Notes: a model not told the origin generated them from the sequence alone. Shown: positions 17,511-30,014, counted from the first letter of the stretch. The stretch: 64,000 nt of DNA from an uncultured Maribacter sp. (GCA_964353165.1 CAYGUY010000012.1:453-64452); one strand, 5' to 3'. Made by a program: numbers and translations.

Positions 17511-17839
17511 GCGATATAAACACAGCAGCCGATAGCGAGGAGCTAGGAGAGAAAATAGTAAAGGTTTTAAAAACGATTTATGACCCGGAAATTCCGGTAG
17601 ATATCTACGAATTGGGACTGATATATGATGTATTGGTAAACGAGGATAATGAGGTAAAGATTCTCATGACCTTGACATCACCCAATTGCCCCGTAGCAGA
17701 AACTCTGCCCGTTGAAGTAGAGGAAAAGGTAAAATCCTTGAACGCGATCAAGGATGCAGAAGTAGAAATTACCTTTGATCCCCCTTGGACCCAGGATTTA
17801 ATGAGTGATGAGGCTAAATTGGAACTAGGAATGCTATAA
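17507..17839 (+). CDS. sufT: DUF59/SufT (PaaD-like) Fe-S assembly protein
   Basis: YDPEIPVDIYELGLIY, MTLTSPNCP, FDPPW motifs. Confidence 0.88.
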   Translation: MSDINTAADSEELGEKIVKVLKTIYDPEIPVDIYELGLIYDVLVNEDNEVKILMTLTSPNCPVAETLPVEVEEKVKSLNAIKDAEVEITFDPPWTQDLMSDEAKLELGML

Positions 17840-17897
17840 TGCGCCGTACATTTCATTTCCGAGAAGACGGATATCTTTATATTCAAACGCTATAACT

Positions 17898-18404
17898 ATG
17901 ACAGACGAAATCATAAACAAAGTAGCCCAGAGTAAACTGGTTACGTTTAATCTGGAAGACTACTATCCCAAAGGAGAGCGAAAAGTAATCGATTTAAAAG
18001 ATTGGTTATACGAAGGTTTTATTCTAAGGGAAAAGGAATTCAGAAACTTCCTTGCTGAATATAACTGGGAGCAGTATTCCAATGCATTCGTAGCTCTTAC
18101 TTGCAGTACGGATGCTATTGTACCCGGCTGGGCGTACATGTTGGTTACGACAAAACTGCAGCCTTATGCGAAAAAGATAGTACAGGGTAGTTTAGAAGAT
18201 TTGGAGACGAATTTATATCAAAATATAATAGCCAATTTAGACTTGTCTCCATATGTGGACAGCCCTGTAATTATTAAAGGTTGTAGTCATAAACCGGTAC
18301 CTCCAAACGCTTATTTACAGCTTACGGAGAGGTTAATGCCCGTTGCCAAATCCATTATGTACGGGGAGGCTTGCTCTTCGGTGCCTTTGTATAAAAGAAA
18401 ATAA
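17898..18404 (+). CDS. Conserved Bacteroidota protein (DUF2480-like)
   Basis: EIINKVAQS, LKDWLYEG, CSTDAIVPGWAY, IKGCS, MYGEACSSVP motifs. Confidence 0.75.
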   Translation: MTDEIINKVAQSKLVTFNLEDYYPKGERKVIDLKDWLYEGFILREKEFRNFLAEYNWEQYSNAFVALTCSTDAIVPGWAYMLVTTKLQPYAKKIVQGSLEDLETNLYQNIIANLDLSPYVDSPVIIKGCSHKPVPPNAYLQLTERLMPVAKSIMYGEACSSVPLYKRK

Positions 18405-18474
18405 AACCTATTTATTTGTTCCATAAAAGTGACTATTTGTACTTTTGCGTTTCTAAAAAAATAAACACTACATC

Positions 18475-19395
18475 ATGAAAAACATTTTTTTGATTATTGC
18501 GCTTGTATTTACCTGTGCTTATGGGTTCGCTCAAACAGAAGAGGAACTTAAATCACAACTAGGGACAAAGAAAGATTCCATTGCAGCTATCCAAGGTAGG
18601 GCAGATGCCATCCAAGGACAAATTGATGCACTTCCTGGATGGAAAAAAGGTGCCTTTGGTACTATTGGGGCTAACCTGAGTAGCTTCAATAATTGGTACG
18701 CCCAAGGAACACCAAATGTATCCTCAGGTAATATAGGTGTAACCGTAAACGCTTTTGCTAATTTGAACCAAGAAAAATTTTTCTGGAGAAATTCAGGAAA
18801 TATAAACCTAGGATGGGTAAAATTTGATGATACCGATATTGATACAGATGACGATAGTTTTAGACAAGCGGCAGATGTATTTACCATTTCATCTTTATAT
18901 GGGCGTAAAATCAGCGAAAAGTTCGCTTTCTCCGGTTTAGGAGAGTACAGAACTACCATTTTGGATAATTTCAACGATCCAGGTTACCTAGATTTAGGTG
19001 TGGGTGCTACTTGGACACCTATTGCTGACTTAGTGGTAGTTATCCATCCTTTAAACTACAACTTTGTATTTAGTAGTAACGACGCTGTTTTCCAATCTTC
19101 TTTGGGTGCTAAAATCCTTGCGGATTACACCAGACAAATTGGTAAAGTAAACTTTAAGACAAATTTTTCTATGTTCCAGAGCTATGAGAACGGGGATTTA
19201 TCCAACTATACTTGGATCAATTCTCTTGGTTATACCTTATGGAACGGTATAGGTCTTGGATTGGAGTTTGGTTTAAGAAATAACAAACAAGAGGCGTTAA
19301 ATTTTGCACAAGCTACTGACCCGGCAACTACGTTTGATAACGTAGATAATGCATTACAGACCTATTTCCTATTTGGTCTTAACTATGCCTTCTAA
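18475..19395 (+). CDS. Outer-membrane protein (DUF3078-like)
   Basis: Signal peptide, GWKKG, SFNNWYAQG, beta-strand pattern, C-terminal Phe; -7 box TACTTTTG at 18440-18447. Confidence 0.75.
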   Translation: MKNIFLIIALVFTCAYGFAQTEEELKSQLGTKKDSIAAIQGRADAIQGQIDALPGWKKGAFGTIGANLSSFNNWYAQGTPNVSSGNIGVTVNAFANLNQEKFFWRNSGNINLGWVKFDDTDIDTDDDSFRQAADVFTISSLYGRKISEKFAFSGLGEYRTTILDNFNDPGYLDLGVGATWTPIADLVVVIHPLNYNFVFSSNDAVFQSSLGAKILADYTRQIGKVNFKTNFSMFQSYENGDLSNYTWINSLGYTLWNGIGLGLEFGLRNNKQEALNFAQATDPATTFDNVDNALQTYFLFGLNYAF

Positions 19396-19423
19396 ATTAA
19401 TAGCATACTAAACCTTCTAAAAC

Positions 19424-19456
19424 AAAAAACCCTGCTCAAAAGAGCAGGGTTTTTTT
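19424..19456 (+). terminator. Intrinsic terminator (bidirectional)
   Basis: AAAAAACCCTGCTC-aaaa-GAGCAGGGTTTTTTT. Confidence 0.88.
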
Positions 19457-19875
19457 GGTTAAGTCATTATCGTAAAATTTGGGTTTTACTTTGGTTAAAG
19501 TTTTTATTGATTTGGGGTCAACACTATTACTTAAACACATGTCAAAGGTATGTCATCACTTCATTTTTTGAACAATTTATGTTGTGAAGGCATTCTATAA
19601 TGTTGTGAAAAATAGCAACGGTTTAAATTGATCGATGAACTACACAAATCGGTTTACAATAATTTGAAACGGACACTTTAATTCTGAGCGGGAAAGCAAA
19701 AATCAGACCTTAAAACTAGTGGTAAACGAAAATCGCTCTGTCCTTAGTGGCTTAGATTTAAAAATAGCCTATGCATTACTCTCTTAAAAGGAAAAAGCCT
19801 AGGCTAGTTTATGTTAAACTTAAAGTTTGCGTTATAAACGCTTTTACTCAACTTGTTTCAGTAAAAGGGCAAAAC

Positions 19876-21087
19876 TTAATACTCGTCCAAATGCTCGGGA
19901 TAGAGAAAATTGTTATAAGGAAACCGGGTTATGTGAATGTCCCGCACTTCGTCATATACCCGTTTTCTAAATTCGTCCAAATTTTCCTTGTTCAAGGCAC
20001 TGATGAACAAAGCACGGTCACCCACTTTTTCCATCCAGGTGCGTTTCCATTCTTCAATCGTAAAATGGCGCGAAGTACGCTCGGTAATCAAATCGTCATC
20101 TTCGATAGTTTCATGCTCGTACCTATCAATTTTGTTGAAAACCATGATGGTCTTTTTGTCCGAACTTTTTATTTCGTCCAAAATCTTGTGCACCGATGCT
20201 ATGTGCTCTTCAAACTGTGGGTGGGAAATATCTACCACATGTAACAACAAATCTGCTTCACGCACCTCGTCTAAGGTACTTTTAAAGCTTTCTACCAATT
20301 GGGTCGGTAATTTTCTAATAAATCCTACGGTATCGCTCAAAAGAAAGGGCAGGTTGCCTATGACCACTTTACGTACCGTAGTATCTAGGGTTGCAAACAG
20401 CTTATTCTCAGCGAACACATCACTCTTACTAATTACGTTCATCAGGGTAGACTTGCCCACGTTCGTATAACCGACTAGGGCAACACGTACTAAAGCACCG
20501 CGATTGCCGCGCTGAGTTTCCATCTGGCGATCTATCTTAAGCAGCTTTTTCTTTAAAAGGGTAATTCGATCACGGACGATACGTCTATCCGTTTCAATTT
20601 CTGTTTCTCCAGGTCCGCGCATTCCAATTCCCCCTTTTTGGCGCTCCAAGTGCGTCCATAGTCCGGTTAGTCTTGGGAGCAAGTATTCGTACTGCGCCAG
20701 TTCTACCTGTGTACGCGCATAGCTGGTTTGTGCCCGTTGTGCAAAAATATCGAGTATGAGGCTGGTACGGTCAATGATTTTACAACGGAGCTGCTTTTCT
20801 ATGTTCCGCTGCTGGGTAGGGCTTAGTTCATCGTCAAAGATTACGGAACCAATGTCATTCTCGTGTACGTAGGCCTCTACCTCCAAAAGCTTTCCGCTAC
20901 CAATAAGGGTTTTTGGGTTGGGTAAATCCATTCGCTGCACGAATCGTTTTATAACCTCGCCACCAGCAGTATAGGTAAGGAATTCTAGCTCGTCCAGGTA
21001 TTCTGTGACCTTATCTTCGCTCTGCTCCCTATTAATAATGCCAATAAGGACCGCTCTTTCGTAATCGACTGTTTTCTTTTCTATCAT
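19876..21087 (-). CDS. hflX: Ribosome-associated GTPase HflX
   Basis: IFAQRA, QVELAQY, GPGETEIETDRR, G1 GYTNVGKST, LFATLD, DTVG, NKID. Start taken at MIEKK (21087). Confidence 0.96.
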   Translation of the reverse strand: MIEKKTVDYERAVLIGIINREQSEDKVTEYLDELEFLTYTAGGEVIKRFVQRMDLPNPKTLIGSGKLLEVEAYVHENDIGSVIFDDELSPTQQRNIEKQLRCKIIDRTSLILDIFAQRAQTSYARTQVELAQYEYLLPRLTGLWTHLERQKGGIGMRGPGETEIETDRRIVRDRITLLKKKLLKIDRQMETQRGNRGALVRVALVGYTNVGKSTLMNVISKSDVFAENKLFATLDTTVRKVVIGNLPFLLSDTVGFIRKLPTQLVESFKSTLDEVREADLLLHVVDISHPQFEEHIASVHKILDEIKSSDKKTIMVFNKIDRYEHETIEDDDLITERTSRHFTIEEWKRTWMEKVGDRALFISALNKENLDEFRKRVYDEVRDIHITRFPYNNFLYPEHLDEY

Positions 21088-21163
21088 ATATATGTAAAGT
21101 GCAAAATTAAGCAAAAGCACCCAGCCTAATTTTAGTATTTTTATCAGCTCAACAAAACCACCT

Positions 21164-22144
21164 ATGCGTTTCACTTTTTTTAAAAGAAAATCCAAAGATC
21201 ATTTATATACCATTGCCTTTTATAATCTGGAAAATCTTTTTGATGCCGAGAATAATAAATACACTTTGGACGATGATTTTACGCCCACGGGATTTAAGCA
21301 GTGGACTGTAGAGCGTTACGAGAGTAAGCGCAAGAAATTGGCACGTACCATTTTGGATATTGGCAAAGAGGAAAATAAATATCCTCCTGTATTGGTTGGA
21401 ATTTCGGAAGTTGAAAACCAAACCGTGATTGAGGATTTGATAGGAACGGCACCCTTGGATAAAGTACATTATAAATATGTTCATTATGAATCCCCGGATG
21501 AAAGGGGTATAGATACGGCGTTGCTGTACAACCCAAAATATTTTAAGGTCATTTCTTCGGAGGCCTTACCATTAATGGTAGACAACTTAAATGGAGATCG
21601 GGATACCACTAGGGATATCCTATATGTAAAAGGAACCTTGAATAAGAATAGCGTACACGTTTTTGTAAACCACTGGCCATCCAGAAGGGATGGGGGAGAT
21701 GTAACCGAGTATAAAAGGCTTAATGCAGCAACGGTTATAAAAGAAAAAATGAAGGAGATAGCAAAGACTGACCAGGATCCTAATTATATGGTTATGGGCG
21801 ATTTTAATGACGACCCAACCTCAAAGAGCATTCAAAGCTTACTTGAAGATACGACGCTGTACAATCCTATGGAGCAATTACATTTTCCCAAACAACGAGG
21901 TAGCGCCAATTATAAAAATACCTGGAGCCTTTTTGATCAGATTCTTATCTCCCATAATTTTCTCAATTATGAAAAGGGTACCCATAGTTTTTCAAAAGCT
22001 AATATTTTTGACGAATCTTTTTTGAAGGAGAAGATTGGTAAATATAAGGGCAACCCGCACCGCACCTATGCAGGTAGTAAATATTTAGGTGGGTATAGCG
22101 ATCACTTTCCTGTATATATAGTGATGAAATTCAATCCTAGTTGA
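21164..22144 (+). CDS. Endonuclease/exonuclease/phosphatase family protein
   Basis: FYNLENLFD, SEVEN, SPDERGID, NHWPSR, MGDFND, FDQI, YSDHFPV motifs. Confidence 0.88.
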   Translation: MRFTFFKRKSKDHLYTIAFYNLENLFDAENNKYTLDDDFTPTGFKQWTVERYESKRKKLARTILDIGKEENKYPPVLVGISEVENQTVIEDLIGTAPLDKVHYKYVHYESPDERGIDTALLYNPKYFKVISSEALPLMVDNLNGDRDTTRDILYVKGTLNKNSVHVFVNHWPSRRDGGDVTEYKRLNAATVIKEKMKEIAKTDQDPNYMVMGDFNDDPTSKSIQSLLEDTTLYNPMEQLHFPKQRGSANYKNTWSLFDQILISHNFLNYEKGTHSFSKANIFDESFLKEKIGKYKGNPHRTYAGSKYLGGYSDHFPVYIVMKFNPS

Positions 22145-22324
22145 TAGTTTTTAAAGCACTCAAAAAATAAGAAAAAACCTACAAACATCAAAAAACAGCA
22201 CTTTCACAACAAGAAGTGTTTGTAGGCTATGTAATTCATCGAATAAATTGAATTTTTAGGTTCCGAGATTCGTTTAGTTTATATAATTGTAGTCCAAATC
22301 TTACAATTATTAACCTACTGAGCT

Positions 22325-24535
22325 ATGGAATATCAGCCACCAAAGAATCTCCTGCCTATTATTTTGTGTGCTATGCTATTGCTTTTATGTGCTACATGGA
22401 GCGTTTCCGCACAGTCGGATACTCTGAAGAAAAGTATAAAAAAGGATTACGATTTTTCCAAAATTGGGGCTATGCATGTTGACCTCGAATTTGATTTTGA
22501 GGAAAACCGAAAGAAAACTATGGCCCTTGCGAGGGTGAATCATTGGAAACTTACGGAGGTAAAAAAGGACGGTACAAAAGTTGCCTTGCAAGAAATAGGA
22601 ACCGATGGTAGTCCCCTGTATTACGAAACCTATGCCGATAATGCAAGCCAGGCTTCACGGGCTAATACCCTGCACACTAACGGTTTGCTAGATTTGAATC
22701 TGGACGGTTCCGGAATGCAGGTTGGGGTATGGGATTCCGGGGTGGCACTGACCACACATCAAGAATATGATATAAGGGCCATAATAGGGGATGGTAGCCA
22801 AGAAACAGATAACCACGCGACTATGGTTACTGGAAGTTTAATTTCCGCTGGAATCAAAAAAGAGGCACAAGGGGTTGCGTACCAAGCCAAGGTACTAAGC
22901 AATGACTGGTCCAGGGATAAAATTGAAGTTGCCGAGGCTGCTGCGAACGGATTATTACTTTCCAACCACTCGTATGGGATAAAAACCGATCGGGTACCGG
23001 ATTGGTATTTTGGTGCCTATATAAAAGTGAGTCAGGACTGGGATAAAATAATGTACAACGCACCATATTATTTAATGGTCAATGCTGCCGGGAATGCACA
23101 AAAACGCAATGACAACGAGTATCCGATAGCAGGAAGTCCTGCGGATGGTTTTGATTTGATGTTAGGCTTTACCCTCTCAAAAAATAGTCTGACCGTCGCA
23201 GCTGCCGATACCCAAATAGCTCGGAACGGGGATTTGAAAAAAGCATCGGTCTCTGCTTATAGTAGTTTTGGGCCTGTAGATGATGGAAGGATCAAACCGG
23301 ATGTTGCAGGAGATGGTTCTGCTATTTTTTCAACAGCCTCCCAGACAAATAAAAGCTATGGCACTTCCTCGGGTACCTCTATGGCAACACCTGGGGTTAC
23401 AGGCGCACTTTTACTATGGCAACAATACCACGAACAATTGTACGGCACGTATATGCGGGCGGCTACCCTAAAAGGGTTAGCCTTGCATACGGCAGATGAT
23501 GTTGCTGATTTAGGTCCCGATTATCAAATGGGTTGGGGTCTTATAAATTCCAAAAAGGCTGCGGAACTTTTATTGAGCAAGGACTATAGCTCGGTACTAA
23601 AAGAAACGAGTTTGGATGAGGGAGAAACCTTTTCGATGACCGTTAACGCCAACGGTCTGGAAAACCTAATTGCCTCGATTTCTTGGACAGACCCAGAATC
23701 GGATGATACTAATAGGGGAGAACTGAACGATACCACTGCCGCTTTGGTCAATGATTTGGATATTCGTATCAGTCAGAATGAGGTAGACTTTTATCCATGG
23801 AAATTGAAAGCGGCCAATCCCTATGCCCCTGCTACAAAAGGCGATAATAGGGTAGATCCTTTTGAACGCATAGAAATACCCAAGGCCGAAGGCAATTATA
23901 CCATCACAGTAACACACAAGGGCATCCTTACATACGGAAAACAGGATTTTTCCCTTTTGGTTTCTGGAGCTGCGCTTACGGATTGTACTCTTGATGCGCC
24001 CGAAACCATAGCTTTGGAGAGTGCTACGGAAAATGCTATCGGGCTACAATGGAATACGATTACTGATGCCCTGTACGAAGTACAATATAAAAAACCACAG
24101 GAAGAAACATGGCAAACGGATTATGTTACTGAGCCCAGCATCAGGTTGAGCGGCTTGGAGGTTAATTCAGAGTATGAAGTTCGCATACGCACCTTTTGTT
24201 CTCAGAACATCGCATCGGACTATAGTCTCAAGTATAGATTTCCCTTCCTTGGAGAAACCACAGAAGTAGGTGTTTTAGATGCTTTTGAAACCCTAAGTTT
24301 GGAGCCTGAAATCAATTTTTCTATCTATCCAAATCCAGCTGTGGAGTATATCAACCTACATGACGAAACTAATGATAGGGCGCGCTATGCAATTACTGGT
24401 ATATCAGGAGTTACGGTAAAGAGCGGTGCCGCCAAGAATGCAAGAATCAATGTTGCCGATTTGGCCGGTGGACTTTATATCCTTCAGATACAAGACGACC
24501 AAGGAAAGCGAAGTGCTAAATTTTATAAGCAGTAA
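22325..24535 (+). CDS. S8 (subtilisin-like) serine peptidase with FN3 domain and T9SS-type C-terminal domain
   Basis: Catalytic triad motifs GVWDSG, NHATMVTG and GTSMATP; FN3-like segment; IYPNPA...LAGGLYIL...KFYK tail. Confidence 0.9.
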   Translation: MEYQPPKNLLPIILCAMLLLLCATWSVSAQSDTLKKSIKKDYDFSKIGAMHVDLEFDFEENRKKTMALARVNHWKLTEVKKDGTKVALQEIGTDGSPLYYETYADNASQASRANTLHTNGLLDLNLDGSGMQVGVWDSGVALTTHQEYDIRAIIGDGSQETDNHATMVTGSLISAGIKKEAQGVAYQAKVLSNDWSRDKIEVAEAAANGLLLSNHSYGIKTDRVPDWYFGAYIKVSQDWDKIMYNAPYYLMVNAAGNAQKRNDNEYPIAGSPADGFDLMLGFTLSKNSLTVAAADTQIARNGDLKKASVSAYSSFGPVDDGRIKPDVAGDGSAIFSTASQTNKSYGTSSGTSMATPGVTGALLLWQQYHEQLYGTYMRAATLKGLALHTADDVADLGPDYQMGWGLINSKKAAELLLSKDYSSVLKETSLDEGETFSMTVNANGLENLIASISWTDPESDDTNRGELNDTTAALVNDLDIRISQNEVDFYPWKLKAANPYAPATKGDNRVDPFERIEIPKAEGNYTITVTHKGILTYGKQDFSLLVSGAALTDCTLDAPETIALESATENAIGLQWNTITDALYEVQYKKPQEETWQTDYVTEPSIRLSGLEVNSEYEVRIRTFCSQNIASDYSLKYRFPFLGETTEVGVLDAFETLSLEPEINFSIYPNPAVEYINLHDETNDRARYAITGISGVTVKSGAAKNARINVADLAGGLYILQIQDDQGKRSAKFYKQ

Positions 24536-24587
24536 GCATTACTAAAATTTAATAGCTCCCCCGAATTTTTAACTCCCTATTTTTATG

Positions 24588-24620
24588 ACCTGTTGCATAC
24601 CATTTGCAGCAGGTTTTTTT
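24588..24620 (+). terminator. Intrinsic terminator after the S8 peptidase gene
   Basis: ACCTGTTGCA-taccatt-TGCAGCAGGT followed by a T tract. Confidence 0.75.
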
Positions 24621-24667
24621 GTTAAATCAATTTTTATTATACAAGATAATTCCATACATAAGTTCTA

Positions 24668-24707
24668 TCGATAGTAAAATAGGACAAAACAAGCGTTTTA
24701 CTATCGA
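24668..24707. promoter_or_regulatory. Perfect 12-bp inverted repeat upstream of katG (candidate operator)
   Basis: TCGATAGTAAAA-N16-TTTTACTATCGA, containing ATAG/CTAT boxes. Confidence 0.5.
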
Positions 24708-24728
24708 AGAAGGCTAACAATTGTATAA

Positions 24729-27008
<2,280 letters not shown>

Positions 27009-27035
27009 GCGAATGTAATGAAGAAGTAGTATATT

Positions 27036-27064
27036 AAAGTGGCCTTTTTCGGGCCACTTTTTTT
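27036..27064 (+). terminator. katG intrinsic terminator
   Basis: AAAGTGGCC-tttttcg-GGCCACTTT followed by a T tract. Confidence 0.88.
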
Positions 27065-27342
27065 AATTTAATTAAATCGCATATAATTAGTTTCTTGTGA
27101 TTTTATCTTGCTTTCTTGTTATGTGACGATACGCAGCCCCTAAAAAGTTAATACAAAGATGGAATCTATATTTAAATTTATATAACATTAACTTATGACA
27201 AATCTCATAGTTATTAAATGAGAAAAATCTTACATTTAAAAAGATTTGTATAAAATCTCATGTAATTTATCAGTTACTTATGATGATTTAAAAGATTTTA
27301 AGTAATTGGCTACTAAAATTCAGTAAAGATTTAAAGTTACGT

Positions 27343-28695
27343 ATGATGGACAGTTCAGAAATACTAAAGCTTCGAAAGCAATTAAAACTTATCAATGAGA
27401 CGGTTTCAAATGAAATATATAATCTGGGAGATTCTCTTTTGGAAAATATTGTGATGAAACTAAATGATGCTTTAGAAGCCGACTATACTTTTATTGGAGA
27501 ATTAAATGAATCTAGAACTAAGATTACCACCATCTCTTTAGTGGGTAAAGGTGGTCTTATGGATAATTTTTCATATGAAGTAAAAGATACGCCGTGTGAA
27601 CTTGTAATTGGTCAAAAACCGTGTTCATTTCCAAAGAATGTGGCATCATTGTTCCCAAACGACCAGTTGCTTATTGATATGGGAATCGAGGCATATACGG
27701 GGATTCCTTTGTTCAGCTCTAGAACCGAACCAACGGGAATTTTGGTATGTATGTTTGAAAATCCGATTAACGATATTTTTAACTATGAATCCATACTACT
27801 CATTTTTGCGTCAAGGGCTGGTGCAGAGATGGAACACATGAAGCTTTATGAAAGCCTAGATGAACATAAGAAAGAATTAGAAAACAAAGTTCTGGAAAGA
27901 ACAAAGGAACTAAATGCAAAAAACAAAGAACTAGAGAAAACCAATAAAGAATTGGCACTCGCGGTAGGTAAATTATCTGAGGCTCAAAATCAGATTATCC
28001 ATTCAGAGAAAATGGCCTCATTAGGAATTCTCACAGCTGGTGTGGCGCATGAAATAAATAACCCCTTGAATTTTATTCTTGGCGGGCACACGGGTCTAAA
28101 AAACTATTTTGAAGTAGGCGATACGACATCAAAGGACGAGATAAATTTCTTTTTGACTAGTATCCGGACAGGCGTGGAAAGAGCTTCAAAAATTATTGAT
28201 GGTTTAAGTCAATTCAGTAGATCTACAGATAGTTTTGATGAAAATTGTGATATTCATAAGATTTTGGATGCTTGCTTAATTATGCTCGATATTAATATTG
28301 AGGACAGAATCTATGTAAAGAAAAATTATACCAGAAAAAGGGTTGATATAGCCGGGAACCTAGGGAAACTACATCAAGTTTTTCTGAATATTCTAAATAA
28401 TTCAATACAAGCTATAAACGGTAAGGGTGAGATAGTCGTTCAAACCAAACGTATTGAAACCGATGTAGAAATACGGATAACCGATACGGGATCTGGTATT
28501 AGTCAAACCAACCTGTCTAAAATATTAAATCCGTTTTATACAACAAAACAACCAGGAGAAGGGACAGGACTTGGCTTATCAATTTCATTCTCTATAATAA
28601 AAGATCATAAGGGTACACTAGAATTTGAATCTAAAGAAGGTATATATACCACCGTTATCATTAAATTACCATTAAACAAGGCAATACATGAGTGA
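27343..28695 (+). CDS. Soluble GAF-domain sensor histidine kinase
   Basis: GAF-like region (TPCELV, AYTGIPL), coiled coil, SEKMASLG..TAGVAHEINNPL H-box, QVFLNILNN N-box, DTGSG, FYTTK, GTGLGL. Confidence 0.92.
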   Translation: MMDSSEILKLRKQLKLINETVSNEIYNLGDSLLENIVMKLNDALEADYTFIGELNESRTKITTISLVGKGGLMDNFSYEVKDTPCELVIGQKPCSFPKNVASLFPNDQLLIDMGIEAYTGIPLFSSRTEPTGILVCMFENPINDIFNYESILLIFASRAGAEMEHMKLYESLDEHKKELENKVLERTKELNAKNKELEKTNKELALAVGKLSEAQNQIIHSEKMASLGILTAGVAHEINNPLNFILGGHTGLKNYFEVGDTTSKDEINFFLTSIRTGVERASKIIDGLSQFSRSTDSFDENCDIHKILDACLIMLDINIEDRIYVKKNYTRKRVDIAGNLGKLHQVFLNILNNSIQAINGKGEIVVQTKRIETDVEIRITDTGSGISQTNLSKILNPFYTTKQPGEGTGLGLSISFSIIKDHKGTLEFESKEGIYTTVIIKLPLNKAIHE

Positions 28696-29056
28696 AAAAC
28701 CTATTATTTTGTATGTTGAAGATGAAGATATTAATCAACAGCTTTTTCAAATTAATTTCAAACATCTTTATACTGTAATTATTGCTGGAAATGGTTTCCA
28801 AGGGCTTGAAATTTTAAAACAACACCAAGAAATTAGAATCGTGGTCAGTGACATGAAAATGCCAGTTATGAGCGGTCTGGAGTTTATTCAAAGGGCAAAA
28901 GAAATGCGCCCCGACCTCCCCTTCTTTTTGCTTACGGGTTATGATATAACCTCAGAGATTAATGACGCTCTAAGCTCTAAGCTCATTATTGCTCATCTAA
29001 AAAAACCATTCGATATTGTTGAAATGCAAGCTGTTTTTTCCAAAGCATTAATGTAG
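28688..29056 (+). CDS. Single-domain response regulator (receiver only)
   Basis: YVEDE, VSDMKMP (phospho-Asp), LLTG, KKP; overlaps the kinase stop by 8 nt. Confidence 0.9.
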   Translation: MSEKPIILYVEDEDINQQLFQINFKHLYTVIIAGNGFQGLEILKQHQEIRIVVSDMKMPVMSGLEFIQRAKEMRPDLPFFLLTGYDITSEINDALSSKLIIAHLKKPFDIVEMQAVFSKALM

Positions 29057-29100
29057 AACTAAATGGCTATCAATAAAATTATATAAAGGTTTTTGGGTTG

Positions 29101-29377
29101 TGCCGCTACAAAAAAGGATGTATGCAATGGAGTCCTGTCAAGGAAGCAGCCAAGTATTTTGAACCTTCTATAAATGACTTCATTATGAGTCATAGAGCGA
29201 TTAAATTGGGCAAACTTTTAGAAAAGTTGAGAACTATTAGCGTACTATTATTGCTAGTATTACCGCCGGTAATATGGGAAAGTTACATATATAATGGAAA
29301 ATGAATAGAATAAGATTGAATTTTGGGAACCAAACGATGTTGAATATAAAAAATTAATTGAAGGAAGAATAACGTAA
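29101..29377 (+). pseudogene. Degraded VOC/glyoxalase family gene remnant
   Basis: KKGCMQWSP..KYFEPS..DFIMSHR in one frame, then YGKVTYIMENE*NKIEFWEPNDVEY in another: frameshift plus internal TAG; 5' end missing. Confidence 0.7.
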
Positions 29378-29477
29378 AAAAATAGCAAACAAAGCACTTA
29401 GAAGTATATTACTTAAATTACAACATCATTTGTCGAGAACTTCGAATTCCTAATCCAATTTATTTACGTAACGTAAT

Positions 29478-30014
29478 TTACCAAGTATATTCAGGGGGTT
29501 GTATATTATTTATCCGGAGATATAAATTAGCCTTGGCCCTATGGTTGGCCATATGATCCTGAACATAAAAAAGGGCAAATGCCCTGCTTACGGTATTCCC
29601 GCTATGATACATCACGCAAGGCTCATCTAATTGTTCCTGCTCAATAGTATTAATCACATTTGTAGTATAGGCAAAACCGGTTTCTAATAGGTTTATGATT
29701 TCAGTTTTTGTCATTTTGGAAGCGTCGGGTACACTCGGCGTTACTTCCATGCCCTGTACATATCGTTTTGTAAGTAGTGGTATCGTATATCCAATATGCA
29801 CCATTTGTTCGCCAAAAGACTTGCTTACAGGTGTTGGTCTGTAAGAATATAGCTCTTCGGGCATTGTTTTGGCTATATCTAAACAATGGTCTCTGGCCGT
29901 AAGCCAAACGGCTAAATAATCTTTGGTAAAAGGAGTTTTTGGACTAATTTCGGTTTGCCCAAACGTTACAAAGGCACAAAAGATACTTAGGAATATTACA
30001 ACTAAATTTTTCAT
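29478..30014 (-). CDS. DinB/YfiT-like four-helix protein with signal peptide
   Basis: YSYRPT, SFGEQMVHI, DHMANHRAK..YLRINNIQPP motifs. Confidence 0.85.
   Translation of the reverse strand: MKNLVVIFLSIFCAFVTFGQTEISPKTPFTKDYLAVWLTARDHCLDIAKTMPEELYSYRPTPVSKSFGEQMVHIGYTIPLLTKRYVQGMEVTPSVPDASKMTKTEIINLLETGFAYTTNVINTIEQEQLDEPCVMYHSGNTVSRAFALFYVQDHMANHRAKANLYLRINNIQPPEYTW

Noticed and set aside
19771-20470. Long plus-strand ORFs opposite hflX, and similar antisense ORFs throughout the track
   Set aside because: They lie fully antisense to well-supported genes and have no motifs; treated as shadow ORFs.
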